This document shows positions 1-10,620 of a stretch of DNA of 64,000 nt, piece after piece (positions within the stretch are counted from its first letter, which is position 1; each line of letters begins with the position of its first letter). The stretch is from Candidatus Latescibacterota bacterium. Lineage in GTDB: Bacteria > Latescibacterota > UBA2968 > GCA-2709665. The position numbers and the translations under genes were made by a program. The stretch covers positions 5,728,001 to 5,792,000 of the forward strand of contig OZ241917.1 of the NCBI GenBank assembly GCA_965203805.1. Reading direction: 5' to 3'. The notes below the pieces were generated by a model that worked only from the letters and a program-made list of their open reading frames with translations, did not search any database and was not told the DNA's origin.

Positions 1-693
1 GGATGCGCCCGCATCGAGCAGCGCCGCGGCGCACGCGTTGGCCGTAGCCCCCGTGGTAATCACGTCGTCGACGAGCAGGACCCTTCGTTCCCGGACCCGA
101 TCGTGCCGGCGACAACGGAACGCGCCCTCCATATTCGCGCCGCGTTCCACCGAGTCCAGGTTCGTCTGGGTTTCCGTGGCACGAATACGCTTCAGCGCAC
201 GGTCCTCAACGGACAGTTCCAGCACCCGTGCGAGGGCGCGGGCGATCAATACGCTCTGGTTGTACCCCCTTTCGCGCAGCCTGCTGCCGTGCAGGGGCAC
301 CGGCACAACGACCGGCCGGGCATCCGCGAGCGATTCCCTTTCCAGCATGCGACCCAGGGCCCGGCCGAGGGTCTGGCCGGCAGCGGTCTGCCCCTGGTAT
401 TTCAACATGTGAACCAGCCGCTGCGCCGGCTGGCTGTACGTCGTAAGTGCAAACAACCTGGAAAATACAAACGCCTTGTCCGCACAGTTCGCGCACGGCC
501 GGGAGACGCCCGGACAGCCGCACCGGGCGCACCGAGGACCATCGATGATGCCCAGCGTCTCCCAGCAAGCCGGACACAACCCGTCGGTTTCCTCGAGCGG
601 TGTCCGGCAGAGCAGACAGTGCGGGGGATATACAAACCCGACGATGGATTCCCAAAGGGTTTGGAGATTTCGATTGATGGCGTCGCGTTTCAA
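1..693 (-). CDS. comF: ComF family protein (zinc ribbon + phosphoribosyltransferase), 3' end runs off window
   Basis: Minus-strand frame from TTG at 693 reads MKRDAINRNLQTLWESIVGFVYPPHCLLC... and near the window edge VLLVDDVITTGATANACAAALLDAGAS (PRPP-binding loop). Absent from the ORF track because it is open at the edge. Confidence 0.85.
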   Translation of the reverse strand, partial: MKRDAINRNLQTLWESIVGFVYPPHCLLCRTPLEETDGLCPACWETLGIIDGPRCARCGCPGVSRPCANCADKAFVFSRLFALTTYSQPAQRLVHMLKYQGQTAAGQTLGRALGRMLERESLADARPVVVPVPLHGSRLRERGYNQSVLIARALARVLELSVEDRALKRIRATETQTNLDSVERGANMEGAFRCRRHDRVRERRVLLVDDVITTGATANACAAALLDAGAS

Positions 694-867
694 ATGCTCA
701 CCGCCGGAATAACGAAAAATGGCTTGCAAATGCAGCCCGTTACCGATACATTTCCAAACTCAATCCCACCGTCCGCGCACGGTCGGTGATACCCGCTTCC
801 ATCGTCCGATTCGGTCTCCTCGCATCCGCACGGCCGCGCACCCCGTGTCCCGTCCCGGTCGACATCC

Positions 868-2844
868 ATGAAAAATACCCGCGCGATCATTTTCGATCTG
901 GACGGTACCCTCTTCGACCTGGACCCGCTGGTTCAGGCCGCCCGAAAGAGGGTCGCGCGGCACCTCCATGCCCATGGTTTCTTCGCATCGGAGTCCTACG
1001 CCCTCAGCCGGATCAACGACCTGGAGCGGCGGCACGGGCCCTACTATTCTTCGTCTCCCTATTATTTCGCCTTCTACGACATCGCCAAAGCCCTCCAGCG
1101 CGACAAGCCCGATCGACTCACAGATTACATCAACAGGCTTCGTCCCAACCATCGGAGTCTGGAGGACACCGACTCCATCGAAGCCTTTGTTGCGGAGCTC
1201 GAATACGTCTACAACAGCGAGGCCGTTGAAGACGTCAAGCTCTTTCCGGGCGCACTCCAGACGCTGCGGGAACTTCGCGGCGCGGGCTGTTTGCTCTTTC
1301 TGGTCACATTCGGGCGGACGCTTCGACAGAAAAACAAGATAAATCTCCTGAAGGTTGCGCCTTTCTTCCACAGCATTGTCAACGAAGGCCCGCCGTCTCA
1401 CGACTACTGGTTCGCCGAACTCATCAAAGACCACAAACTCTCGCCCGAGGAAGTCGTTTGCGTGGGAGACCGCGCCCAGGATGAAATTCGGGCGGGAAAC
1501 CGACTCGGATGCACGACCGTCTGGATGCGCCGAGGAAGATTCGCCGAGGAGGAGCCGGGTGAGGGCGACCGCCCCACCCATCAGATCCGCCTCCTCCCCC
1601 AGCTCTCCACCCTGATCCATCTCGCCCGCATGGACAAGGACCGGCGCCGGTTGAAAGTGGCCGCGCTCGGCGGGGGCACCGGGCTTCCCATCGTACTGCG
1701 CGGAATCCAGACGTACACCGACAGCCCCGCCGCGGTGGTCGCGGTTACCGACACAGGGGCCTCCTCTGGACGCATCCGGTGGAATCTGGGGGTGCAGCCG
1801 CCCGGCGACATCCGCAACGCACTGACCGCGCTCGCCGATCGACGCCGTGTCTCCTCGGGTTTGATACGCGTATTTCAACACCGGTTTCCGAACAGCGAAC
1901 GGGAAGCCGGGATCTTCCGGAACGACAACATCGGCAACTTCCTGATTGCCGCGCTGACCCAGCAACTCGGTGATTTCCAGAAAGCCATCGAGACGGCCGG
2001 CGATATGTTGCACATACGCGGGGAGGTCTTTCCCGCCACCAACCAGAACGTGGACATCTGCGCCGAACTCGAGAACGGAGAACAGCGCTATACCGAGTGG
2101 ATGGTGCGCAAGACGGGAAAAGCCCCTCTAAGACGCGCATACCATGTGGCCAACAGCGAGATCCTTCAGGAGTTGCAACAACCCGACGGCGCCCTATACA
2201 GGGAAGAAGATTCCCAAACCGGCCAGGTGGAGGTCTACGCCAGGCCCGGAAGGGACTTCCAACCCGCCAGGAACGAGGCCCGCGCCCCGAGGGCCGCCGT
2301 GCAGGCCCTCGCGGACGCGGACATCGTGGTCCTCGGTCCCGGCAGCCTCTTCACGAGTGTGATTACGAATCTGCTGGTGCCGGACATCACGCGTGCGCTG
2401 TCCGCCCGTCGACACGGCAAGGTCCTCTACGTCTGCAACATCGTGACCCAGCCCGGGCAGACCGACGGATTTGGCGCGTCGGACCATCTCCGGGCCATTT
2501 TGCGACACTTCCCGGAGAAACATACCGGTATCCTGGACCACATGCTTGTGCAGGATCCGGACGCGTTCCACAGGCCGGGGGGCCGAAAGTGGCAACCGGT
2601 GCTGAATGCGTATCTCCGTGATGGCAAGGAACCCGTGCGATGCGATCCAGATGAGATCCGGCGTCTGGTTACCTGTACGGTAACCGATCTACTGGAGGAC
2701 TATACGTCCGAGGCCAGGAGCCGCAGCGCGGGAGACTTTATCAGCCACAACCCGGACAGGGTGGCCGACGCGGTCTGCCGGGTCTACTGCGGGCTGGAAG
2801 TGCCGGACTACGGGGAACTGGACAATGGCTCGGCGCCGGATTGA
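868..2844 (+). CDS. Fusion: HAD-superfamily hydrolase + YvcK/GlmR (UPF0052, CofD-like) domain
   Basis: N-term IIFDLDGTL and VCVGDRAQDEIRAG (HAD motifs I and IV); C-term VAALGGGTG, PPGDIRN, ADIVVLGPGSLFTSVITNLLV, NIVTQPGQTDG (YvcK family). Confidence 0.85.
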   Translation: MKNTRAIIFDLDGTLFDLDPLVQAARKRVARHLHAHGFFASESYALSRINDLERRHGPYYSSSPYYFAFYDIAKALQRDKPDRLTDYINRLRPNHRSLEDTDSIEAFVAELEYVYNSEAVEDVKLFPGALQTLRELRGAGCLLFLVTFGRTLRQKNKINLLKVAPFFHSIVNEGPPSHDYWFAELIKDHKLSPEEVVCVGDRAQDEIRAGNRLGCTTVWMRRGRFAEEEPGEGDRPTHQIRLLPQLSTLIHLARMDKDRRRLKVAALGGGTGLPIVLRGIQTYTDSPAAVVAVTDTGASSGRIRWNLGVQPPGDIRNALTALADRRRVSSGLIRVFQHRFPNSEREAGIFRNDNIGNFLIAALTQQLGDFQKAIETAGDMLHIRGEVFPATNQNVDICAELENGEQRYTEWMVRKTGKAPLRRAYHVANSEILQELQQPDGALYREEDSQTGQVEVYARPGRDFQPARNEARAPRAAVQALADADIVVLGPGSLFTSVITNLLVPDITRALSARRHGKVLYVCNIVTQPGQTDGFGASDHLRAILRHFPEKHTGILDHMLVQDPDAFHRPGGRKWQPVLNAYLRDGKEPVRCDPDEIRRLVTCTVTDLLEDYTSEARSRSAGDFISHNPDRVADAVCRVYCGLEVPDYGELDNGSAPD

Positions 2845-3517
2845 TGCCGTCATCTTCGACCTGGACGACACCCTGTTCGACTGCACCGGGCAGCTGACGG
2901 AACCGGCGCGCCTTCGGGCGGCTGAAGTCCTTGCCGCGGCCATTCCCGATTCAGACGCGCAGGTCCTGCGTCGCCAGCAGGGGGAATTGGTCGACCGGTT
3001 CAGTTCCTCCGACGCCATTCGCGAAATCGCCGGCCGGCACGGACTGTCGGCCGATGTCGCTGAAAGCGCGCTTTCCGCCTATAATCGGGACGAGGTGGAA
3101 GACATTGCGCCCTTTCCGGATACGCTTGCAACGCTGGATGAACTCGCGCTCAGGAATTACCGGCTCTGCCTCGTGACCACCGGCCGCCCGGAACGGCAGC
3201 GGCGAAAGATACACCGCCTGGGCCTGTGCGGTTATTTCAGCGAGGGGGACGGCACCCTCTTTTTTCACGACGACCGCGATAGCCGGGAAAAAGACGGGGC
3301 GCTGCTCCGGGCCGCCCGCCGATGCGCCCTGTCGCCGGGCCGCATCCTGTCGGTGGGGGACAAGCTGGATTCCGAGATCGCAGCGTCCGGACGGCTGGGC
3401 ATGCGCACCGCGCGCCTGCGTTTCGGCAGACAAAAAAACCAGCGCCCTCGAACTCCCGAGGAACGCCCGGACCACGAATTGAGCCGCCTGTCGGACCTGC
3501 TCGAATTGCTGCCCTGA
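2825..3517 (+). CDS. HAD-superfamily hydrolase
   Basis: VIFDLDDTLFD, LVTTG, SVGDKLDSEIAA motifs; overlaps upstream gene end. Confidence 0.85.
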   Translation: MARRRIDAVIFDLDDTLFDCTGQLTEPARLRAAEVLAAAIPDSDAQVLRRQQGELVDRFSSSDAIREIAGRHGLSADVAESALSAYNRDEVEDIAPFPDTLATLDELALRNYRLCLVTTGRPERQRRKIHRLGLCGYFSEGDGTLFFHDDRDSREKDGALLRAARRCALSPGRILSVGDKLDSEIAASGRLGMRTARLRFGRQKNQRPRTPEERPDHELSRLSDLLELLP

Positions 3518-3529
3518 AATGACGCGCGT

Positions 3530-4321
3530 TTACGCGGGTCCCTTCCGCGCCCCGGTAGTCACAGTGACCCGGTCGCCTCGACGCAAGCCCAGTTCCCGTG
3601 CCGCACTGCCTCCATTGATCGCGACCTCCAGCGTATCCTCGCTTCCGTAGAGAACCAGCGCCTCGCCCTCCGGCACGTCGGCGTACGTCCGGGAGATACC
3701 GTCGAACAGACACTTCCCGGTACGGATGCGGACTTTGGCGTCGCCCAGGTGCTGCCTGCCAAGATTGCTGATCGCATTTCCGAAACCGTCGACGTGCACG
3801 ATCCGCCCCACAACGTCGTCGCCGCACGTGTGAACCGTCCACAGATCCAGGCGGTTCGGGTCCACAACCGGCGGCCCCAGTTCCTCCGCCGGGACTCCGT
3901 TGCTCAGATGCGCCGCAGCGGGGCCGAAGATGTCCCTGCCGTGAAACGTCGGGCTCACCGCGGGTCTGAAGAACGCCGGATTGCGGATCTCAACGACCTT
4001 CCACTTCGTTTCACGCTCGAATACGGCGCTGAACAGTCCGTTGTCCGGACCGACAAACAGCTGATCCGGAGTTTCCACCACGATTGCGCGGCGGGCGCTT
4101 CCAACGCCCGGGTCCACAACCGCGAGATGGACCGTTCCGGCCGGGAAATAGCGGTACGCGCCGGAAAGGACGTAGGCCCCGGAGGCCACGTCCTGCGGAG
4201 GGACCCGATGGGAAACGTCCACCAGGGTGGCGTCCGGAGCGATTGCGAGCATCGCCCCCTTCATCGCGGCCACGTACCCGTCGTGAAGCCCGAAATCCGA
4301 TGTCAACGTGATCACACCCAA
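3530..4321 (-). CDS. SAM hydroxide adenosyltransferase / chlorinase-fluorinase family (DUF62)
   Basis: ITLTSDFG, VVDPGVGS, GPDNG, TFHGRDIF, VDGFGN motifs. Confidence 0.9.
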   Translation of the reverse strand: MGVITLTSDFGLHDGYVAAMKGAMLAIAPDATLVDVSHRVPPQDVASGAYVLSGAYRYFPAGTVHLAVVDPGVGSARRAIVVETPDQLFVGPDNGLFSAVFERETKWKVVEIRNPAFFRPAVSPTFHGRDIFGPAAAHLSNGVPAEELGPPVVDPNRLDLWTVHTCGDDVVGRIVHVDGFGNAISNLGRQHLGDAKVRIRTGKCLFDGISRTYADVPEGEALVLYGSEDTLEVAINGGSAARELGLRRGDRVTVTTGARKGPA

Positions 4322-4579
4322 TGCATACCTCCCGGGCCGGCCGGCGCCGGACGGACGACTCGACGGCCGAATTCGGGCAACTTATTTTCGGGACGGATCA
4401 GTAGCGGCGGGAACGACCTTCACAATATAACGCATGGCAGGCGGCCGCGCGAAACCGGTTTCCTGTCTGCCCTCTGAACGGGACCAATCGTCCTCCGGTG
4501 ACTCCGGGGCAGCGCAATCGGTCTCATGTCGGACCGCGTGTCGTCCCGGCTCCCACGTCATCGTTACGTTTCCGTTTCG

Positions 4580-5269
4580 TCAGAACAGTTCCGCCTCCTT
4601 CATGCTCAGAAACCGCTCCGCGCCAAGAATGATGTGGTCCAGCACCTCGATGCCCATAATCTCCCCTGCCTGCACCATCCGCCGCGTCAGTTCGACGTCC
4701 TCACGGCTCGGCGTGACGTCCCCCGACGGGTGGTTGTGCGCAAGGATGACGCTGGCCGCGCAGGAGCCCACGGCAGGGAAGAATACCTCCCGGGGATGAA
4801 CCAGCGACGCGTTCAGCGAACCCACCGACACCTCCTCCCGGCAGATGACCTGGTTGCGGGCATTCAGAAAGACCGCCACGAAATGCTCTTTCCTTCGATC
4901 CTTGATTTCCGCCAGCAGCCCGACCGCGTCGGCCGGCTTCGTGATGGACGGCTCGATGCCCATGCCCTGGTTCAACGCCCGGCGCGACAGCTCGAATCCG
5001 GCCACGAGGCCGGCCGCCTTCGCCCTGCCGATGCCCTTGATGCCCGTCAGTTCCGCCAGGCCCATCGCCATGAGCGACTGGAGTGCATGCTGTTTCAGGA
5101 CTTCACCGGCAACCTCCAGCACGTTCCTGCCTTCATAGCCCGTCCGCAGAAGGACTGCCAGCAGTTCCTCGTTCCTCAGCGCTTCGGCGCCAAGCCGTTC
5201 CAGTTTCTCACGCGGCAGGTCCACGTCCGCGACACCGTCGATACCCCCGCGCGGGGTCGGCCCCACCAT
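4580..5269 (-). CDS. radC: RadC family JAB-domain protein
   Basis: PREKL...ELLAVLLRTG, HhH (IKGIGRAKA), VHPREVF, AHNHPSGD, LDHII. Confidence 0.93.
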   Translation of the reverse strand: MVGPTPRGGIDGVADVDLPREKLERLGAEALRNEELLAVLLRTGYEGRNVLEVAGEVLKQHALQSLMAMGLAELTGIKGIGRAKAAGLVAGFELSRRALNQGMGIEPSITKPADAVGLLAEIKDRRKEHFVAVFLNARNQVICREEVSVGSLNASLVHPREVFFPAVGSCAASVILAHNHPSGDVTPSREDVELTRRMVQAGEIMGIEVLDHIILGAERFLSMKEAELF

Positions 5270-5592
5270 GGGTTGCCTTTCGTCCAGGGGTAAGCTGCGC
5301 CATTTGCTCCGATCCGTTCTGACAGGACTGCATAAGCAAAAGCCGTTCCGGGAAGACCAATTCCAACAGCGCCGCGTCCGGACGGGCTCTGCCCGTCATC
5401 CCTCGTTCATTCCTCGGAGGGAGACTGAACACCGCTTTCAGATCAATCGGGATGGAAGGAAAGATCCGTCCATTGAAGGAGTAGCTTCCGGATAGTCAGC
5501 ATTGAGAAACAATACAGAATCCTCCCGGTCTTTTTAGTTATATTTCGAACCGTGCATCGTTCGACAAAGAACCTTTGTCTGGAGAGACAGTT

Positions 5593-6690
5593 ATGGACGC
5601 GAATCAAGCGGTGCCACTGTTCGAACAGAACTGGTTTCTGCGCAACGATGAAAGGCTGGATCTCAACGGAGCGGAACGACAATTCATCTCGGCGGCGATG
5701 GGGCCGGCGCCGACGCGATGGGACGGGGAGCCCGACGTCAGCCGGATGACGGAGATGCTGGTCGCGGCGCCGGCGGTGCTCGACCGCATCGGCGCACGGT
5801 TGCTGACGGTGCTGATCGGCATGAGAGGATGCGGACCGGCCGTAACGTTCCTCCTCGAACACGGTGTCCCGCTGGAGATCGAAAGGACGTCGTACAACGT
5901 GTTGCACGAAGCAGCCTGGGGTGGTATGGTCGATACGTTGCAAGCGGTCTTTCAATCGGGCGTTGCAGACGCGACGTGCGTCTCGGTAAAGAAGCCCCAC
6001 GTCGGATGGCCGGATAACCTGTCGCTCATGTACTGGGCCGCCGCGGGCGGAAACCCCGAATGTGCCAAGCTCCTTATTCGGCACGGCGCCGGCGTTCACC
6101 ATGAACTGCAGATAAAAGGCAACGGCGAGCGGGGAACGACGTCCCTTCAGGAGGCCGTCGCGTCCGGACGCGAGGACGACTCAAAGCTGGAAGGCAGGCT
6201 TGCGGTTGCACGAATTCTCATCGAAGACGGGGCATACTATGACGTGTATTCCGCGTGCGCCCTGGACGATACGTCCCGGCTGCAGGAACTCATCGACCGG
6301 AATCCGGGGGTCGCCGCCGCCGCCGATACGTACGCAATGACGCCGCTGCATTGGGCCGCCCGGGCCGGGTCGATGGCTTGCGCGGAGAACTTGCTGGCGT
6401 GCGGCGCCCTCGCCGACGCCAGGAACAAGGCAGGTCGGACCCCGCTGCAGTTGGCTGCCGAGGCAGATCGTGCGGAGATGATTCGACTGCTCGCAGACCG
6501 TGGCGCCGATCTCAACACGCAGGACAAGAAAGGGCGCACCCCGCTCCATCGCGCGATGTATGAAGGCCGCGTGCGCGCCGCCGAAATGCTGCTCGAGTAC
6601 GGCGCCGATCCGACCGTTCTCAACAAGAACGGGAAGACCGCGTTTGACGTTGCCAGGAAGGACGCGAAGAGGTTCAAAGAGCGGGTGTGA
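5593..6690 (+). CDS. Ankyrin repeat protein
   Basis: Repeated TPLHWAA / GRTPLQLAA / GRTPLHRA ...LL..GAD motifs; ATG at 5593 follows GGAG. Confidence 0.9.
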   Translation: MDANQAVPLFEQNWFLRNDERLDLNGAERQFISAAMGPAPTRWDGEPDVSRMTEMLVAAPAVLDRIGARLLTVLIGMRGCGPAVTFLLEHGVPLEIERTSYNVLHEAAWGGMVDTLQAVFQSGVADATCVSVKKPHVGWPDNLSLMYWAAAGGNPECAKLLIRHGAGVHHELQIKGNGERGTTSLQEAVASGREDDSKLEGRLAVARILIEDGAYYDVYSACALDDTSRLQELIDRNPGVAAAADTYAMTPLHWAARAGSMACAENLLACGALADARNKAGRTPLQLAAEADRAEMIRLLADRGADLNTQDKKGRTPLHRAMYEGRVRAAEMLLEYGADPTVLNKNGKTAFDVARKDAKRFKERV

Positions 6691-6708
6691 GGGCGGCCGA
6701 TCCAGAAT

Positions 6709-8190
6709 ATGGGACTCCGCTTAGTTGACATCAAGAGCGTGACCCGGGGATGTCGAATGAGAAATCAGAAACTGCGGCAACCAGTCAAATTCACAGTTAA
6801 CTTTCTCCTTCTTCAAACGTGCGTTATTGTCTTTGTCGCTCTTGTCACGTGTGCTCTGGCCGTCGGCCAATTCTTGGAAGTCATCGCGCAGAACCTTTGG
6901 TTCAGCGTGGTTGTCATTTCAGTCTGGGTGGCCGTCGTATCAGCAGGGTTATTCGTACTTATATTCAATCTTCGCCCGGTAAAGAACATACTGGCGTCCG
7001 AGTCGAACGCTTACCGAACGGTCTTGGAAGAATTCACCCGCTCCCTCTCCTTAATCACCGATTTCGACGGCTTGCTCGACAACCAGATCCGCAAGATCGG
7101 GATTCTAACCGATTCCGAACGCCTGTGCATTCTCGTTGCAAGTGAAAGTGGGGAAGACTATACACTCAGGACGAGCCGCGGATTCACAAAGGCCGACGTA
7201 GATGGCATAACGCTACAGCACCGTGGAGACCTCGTGAGGTGGCTACATACAAACGAGACACATTTGATTCCATCGGAGAATCGTGGTCTCATCGCGAACT
7301 TACTTCCTACGGAACGTGATCTCCTGAATCGGTTAAACGTCACCGGAATTCTCCCGTTGGTCACTTTGAACCGGCTGGTGGGTATCGTCTTCATCTCTAA
7401 GGAAAACGCCTTGACGCCCGATCAGATCGAAACGGTGCGCTGGTTCACCCCTCAAGTTGCACTTGCCATTGCAAATGCTATTCTTTACGAACAACAGCGA
7501 ATCAGGATGAGTAGCCTATACCGAGCTGAACGCCTCGCGATCACCGGTCAGCTTGCGGCTGGCGCCGCCCACGAAATTCGCAATCCGCTCGCTTCCATAC
7601 GTAGTACGATACAGTATTTGAGGAGTCGCCTAACTGGTGATTCCGAATCCGCGGATATGATGGGCATGCTGGTCAATGAGGCGGACCGGATTGAAACCAT
7701 CGTGAAGGGGATGTTGTCATTCGCCAGACCGGAGGAACCCAAGCTGGAAGTCACCAATCTGGCCGAGGTCGCGACACAGGTCGTCAGCCTCGTCGAACCA
7801 ACGGCCCACAAGGCCAAGGTGAAAATTGAAACCCACTTCCCACACCAAACTGCTGAGATTTTGGCGGATAAGAATCAGTTGGGCCAGGTGTTTCTAAACG
7901 TCCTTCTAAACGCTGTACAAGCCATGCCCGATGGTGGCTTGCTGTCGATCCGTGTGGTTGCAAGGGGTTCCGCAGGGATGGATGGGTGGCAAGTAGAAGT
8001 CTCCGATACTGGCAGCGGTATTCCCGATGAGCAACTTGAAAGTATTTTCGACCCCTTTTTCACCACCAAAAAGAAAGGAACTGGTCTCGGGCTTTCGATC
8101 TCACATTCAATCATACGTAGCCACGGTGGAAGAATAGACGTCGAAAGCGCGGTCGGCAAAGGCACCCGCGTAATAGTCAGATTCTCATAA
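6709..8190 (+). CDS. Membrane sensor histidine kinase (TM-GAF-HisKA-HATPase)
   Basis: AHEIRNPL H-box, NVLLNAVQA N-box, DTGSGI, FFTTK, GTGLGL; start may be ATG 6757. Confidence 0.92.
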   Translation: MGLRLVDIKSVTRGCRMRNQKLRQPVKFTVNFLLLQTCVIVFVALVTCALAVGQFLEVIAQNLWFSVVVISVWVAVVSAGLFVLIFNLRPVKNILASESNAYRTVLEEFTRSLSLITDFDGLLDNQIRKIGILTDSERLCILVASESGEDYTLRTSRGFTKADVDGITLQHRGDLVRWLHTNETHLIPSENRGLIANLLPTERDLLNRLNVTGILPLVTLNRLVGIVFISKENALTPDQIETVRWFTPQVALAIANAILYEQQRIRMSSLYRAERLAITGQLAAGAAHEIRNPLASIRSTIQYLRSRLTGDSESADMMGMLVNEADRIETIVKGMLSFARPEEPKLEVTNLAEVATQVVSLVEPTAHKAKVKIETHFPHQTAEILADKNQLGQVFLNVLLNAVQAMPDGGLLSIRVVARGSAGMDGWQVEVSDTGSGIPDEQLESIFDPFFTTKKKGTGLGLSISHSIIRSHGGRIDVESAVGKGTRVIVRFS

Positions 8191-8578
8191 AACTCAACCT
8201 TGATACGTCAGGACCGGATTGCCTGGTTGGTCGGGTAAGATCACCACGTTACCGGGAAGAAATTGCATACCGTCGAACCACAGAACATGATCAGTCTCCA
8301 CGCTTCCCTCACTTCCGCTGAATTCAAGAATCGTGGATCTGCGAGATATACTCGAGGTTGTACTTCCGGGCAAATGGCAGCGAACATTCTCGAACGTCAG
8401 ACCAAGATTAGTCGAAACGAATGAAGCGTATATAAAGTGAGTGTGGCGAACCACGAGAACGTGTGGATCACTCAATAAGGCCGGCACCGAGCCAATTGGA
8501 TATGCCAACTTTCGCTACAATTCGCTTTGTGTTTCTGCATGCCAAGATTGAGAAAGACTGTACAAACGGAGGCGAATT

Positions 8579-9955
8579 ATGCAACGAGTGTTAGTCGTGG
8601 AAGACGAAGCCACAATGCGCAGCATTCTATTCCGCATACTCTCAGAAAGGGGTTACGAAGTAGCCGCAGCTGACTCCGGCGAAAGGGGTCTTGAGTTCGC
8701 TCAAGAATTCTTGCCCGATGTCGTCGTCATGGACCAGAATCTGCCGGGGATATCCGGCCAGAACGCCACGCAGAAGATAATCGAAATTGTACCAGGCGTA
8801 AAAGTCATAATGGTCACGGCGTTTGGTGAAATTGAAAAGGCAGTAAACGCCATTCGGCGAGGTGCTTATGACTATCTTACCAAACCCTTCGATAACGATG
8901 AGTTTCTGCTTCGAGTCCAGCGTGCCTGCGAAGCCCGGCGTTTAGCTCTTGAAGTACTGACCCTTCGCGAAGCTCTCGGTGAACGCCATTCATTTGATCA
9001 AATACTCGGAAAGAGTGAATCGTTGCGCGCTGCTATACATATGGCCAGACGAGCGGCTCAAACGGAAATCTCGGTTTTAATTGAAGGTGAAAGTGGTACC
9101 GGGAAAGAGCCGTTAGCCCGCGCAATTCACCATGCAAGTTCGCGTTGTAATGGTCCATTTCTACCTGTCAACTGTGCAGCTGTTCCCACGGACATCGCCG
9201 AAAGCCAGTTCTTTGGTCATGAAAAAGGCGCTTTTACAGATGCCAAAAACACCCACATCGGGTTGTTTGAACAGGCCAACGACGGAACCCTCTTCCTTGA
9301 CGAAGTGGCAGAAATGTCGTTGCGACTCCAGGCCAAACTACTGCGAGCGCTGGAGGATGGCCAAATCACCCGTTTAGGCGCCAGGTCGGCGGTTCGGATA
9401 AACTCGCGTGTAATCGCCGCCACCAATCGAGTCGTCGACGATGCTATCAGGGACGGGCTGCTGCGGCAGGACCTATACCACCGCCTTGCCGTCGTAGTCA
9501 TCCACGTACCTCCTCTACGAGAACGAAAAGAGGACATCTCGTTGCTAGCCCGTCATTTTTTGGGCAATTTCAATGATGAATCGACAACGAGTCCTTCCGA
9601 ATTCTCTGACGACGCGCTGGCGGCTCTGGAAGCTTACGCTTGGCCTGGCAATATCCGGGAACTTCGCAACGTCGTCCAGGGTGCCGCCATTATGGCCGAA
9701 GGAGAAATAATCCGCTGTTGTGACCTGCCGCGCAAAGTACGGACCGCTTCAGCCGGGGCCCCGACAACCTCAGAATTAAACCCATCGATCTCAGTTGATG
9801 AACCCACCTTGGCCGCCGCCACGGCAACGCTAGAACGCAAACTCATCGCACAGGCATTGGCCACGAACAATGGCAACCGGACCCGATCGGCAAAACGCCT
9901 AGGCATAAACCGCAAGACTCTCCTTTCAAAGATCGCGCAATACGGCCTCGAATAG
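8579..9955 (+). CDS. Sigma54-dependent response regulator (NtrC/AtoC family)
   Basis: Receiver domain, GESGTGKE Walker A, GAFTDA loop, LFLDEV, WPGNIREL, C-terminal Fis-type HTH. Confidence 0.95.
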   Translation: MQRVLVVEDEATMRSILFRILSERGYEVAAADSGERGLEFAQEFLPDVVVMDQNLPGISGQNATQKIIEIVPGVKVIMVTAFGEIEKAVNAIRRGAYDYLTKPFDNDEFLLRVQRACEARRLALEVLTLREALGERHSFDQILGKSESLRAAIHMARRAAQTEISVLIEGESGTGKEPLARAIHHASSRCNGPFLPVNCAAVPTDIAESQFFGHEKGAFTDAKNTHIGLFEQANDGTLFLDEVAEMSLRLQAKLLRALEDGQITRLGARSAVRINSRVIAATNRVVDDAIRDGLLRQDLYHRLAVVVIHVPPLRERKEDISLLARHFLGNFNDESTTSPSEFSDDALAALEAYAWPGNIRELRNVVQGAAIMAEGEIIRCCDLPRKVRTASAGAPTTSELNPSISVDEPTLAAATATLERKLIAQALATNNGNRTRSAKRLGINRKTLLSKIAQYGLE

Positions 9956-10119
9956 GCACGACTGCGGCACCGGTCCCCGCCTCTGAGTATTCTTACCTCA
10001 CTAACCCACTTTGTGTTTGGTTTTCTCCCCTCGGCAACGCGCAAGATTTCCAATTCCACTGTTGATAAATCCCTTCTTATCAACGATTTGCTTGCACATA
10101 GCTTCTGATGCAATTCCTG

Positions 10120-10135
10120 TGGCACGGTACTTGCA
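10120..10135 (+). promoter_or_regulatory. Sigma54 (-24/-12) promoter for the downstream exporter operon
   Basis: TGGCAC-GGTAC-TTGCA matches TGGCAC-N5-TTGCW exactly and lies just downstream of the enhancer-binding protein gene. Confidence 0.85.
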
Positions 10136-10239
10136 TTACGCATGTATTCGCTTTCTTGGAATGCTTGGGAAAGATACCTTTCGGAAGCTATGGAAGCTCT
10201 CCGTGTGCCAATATCAGAGAGGTAGGGCGCCAGGAGTTT

Positions 10240-10410
10240 TACATTGCACGGAACTATCTGGTTCTCAGGAAGAGTATGCCAGGGCAGCATTTCTGAGCAA
10301 GAGGGAATTATGAGTCCACGTTGGGCAAGGTTGAAGGATCGGTTCGGACATATATCCAGGCGCAGGAGTAGGCCGATCGCAAGTTGGATCAGATGAAGTT
10401 GTTTGAGTGA
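10240..10410 (+). pseudogene. tnpA: IS200/IS605 TnpA (Y1 transposase) C-terminal relic
   Basis: One frame reads YIARNYLVLRKSMPGQHF*ARGNYESTLGKVEGSVRTYIQAQE*ADRKLDQMKLFE*, matching the IS200 FWARGYYVSTVG...YI..QE C-terminus with two in-frame stops. Confidence 0.75.
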
Positions 10411-10620
10411 GTGCCACCTTTAGATGGGATTGATTGCGACCGTTTTGAGCGGTTCACTTGCTGGTGACGCGGAATGGCTTACAGCCCAATCCCGACGAAT
10501 TCATTCCTGATGTCTATTGCAGAATTCATCAGGTCAGTAGTATAGGAGGTGGAATATGTGCTTGTTTTATATTCGTTTGCAATTTTCGATGTGTGGCAGA
10601 TTCAAGATTTCTGAGGATGA

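Noticed and set aside
8194-8508. 104-aa minus-strand ORF between HK and RR
   Set aside because: No motif or RBS recognised; antisense to the operon
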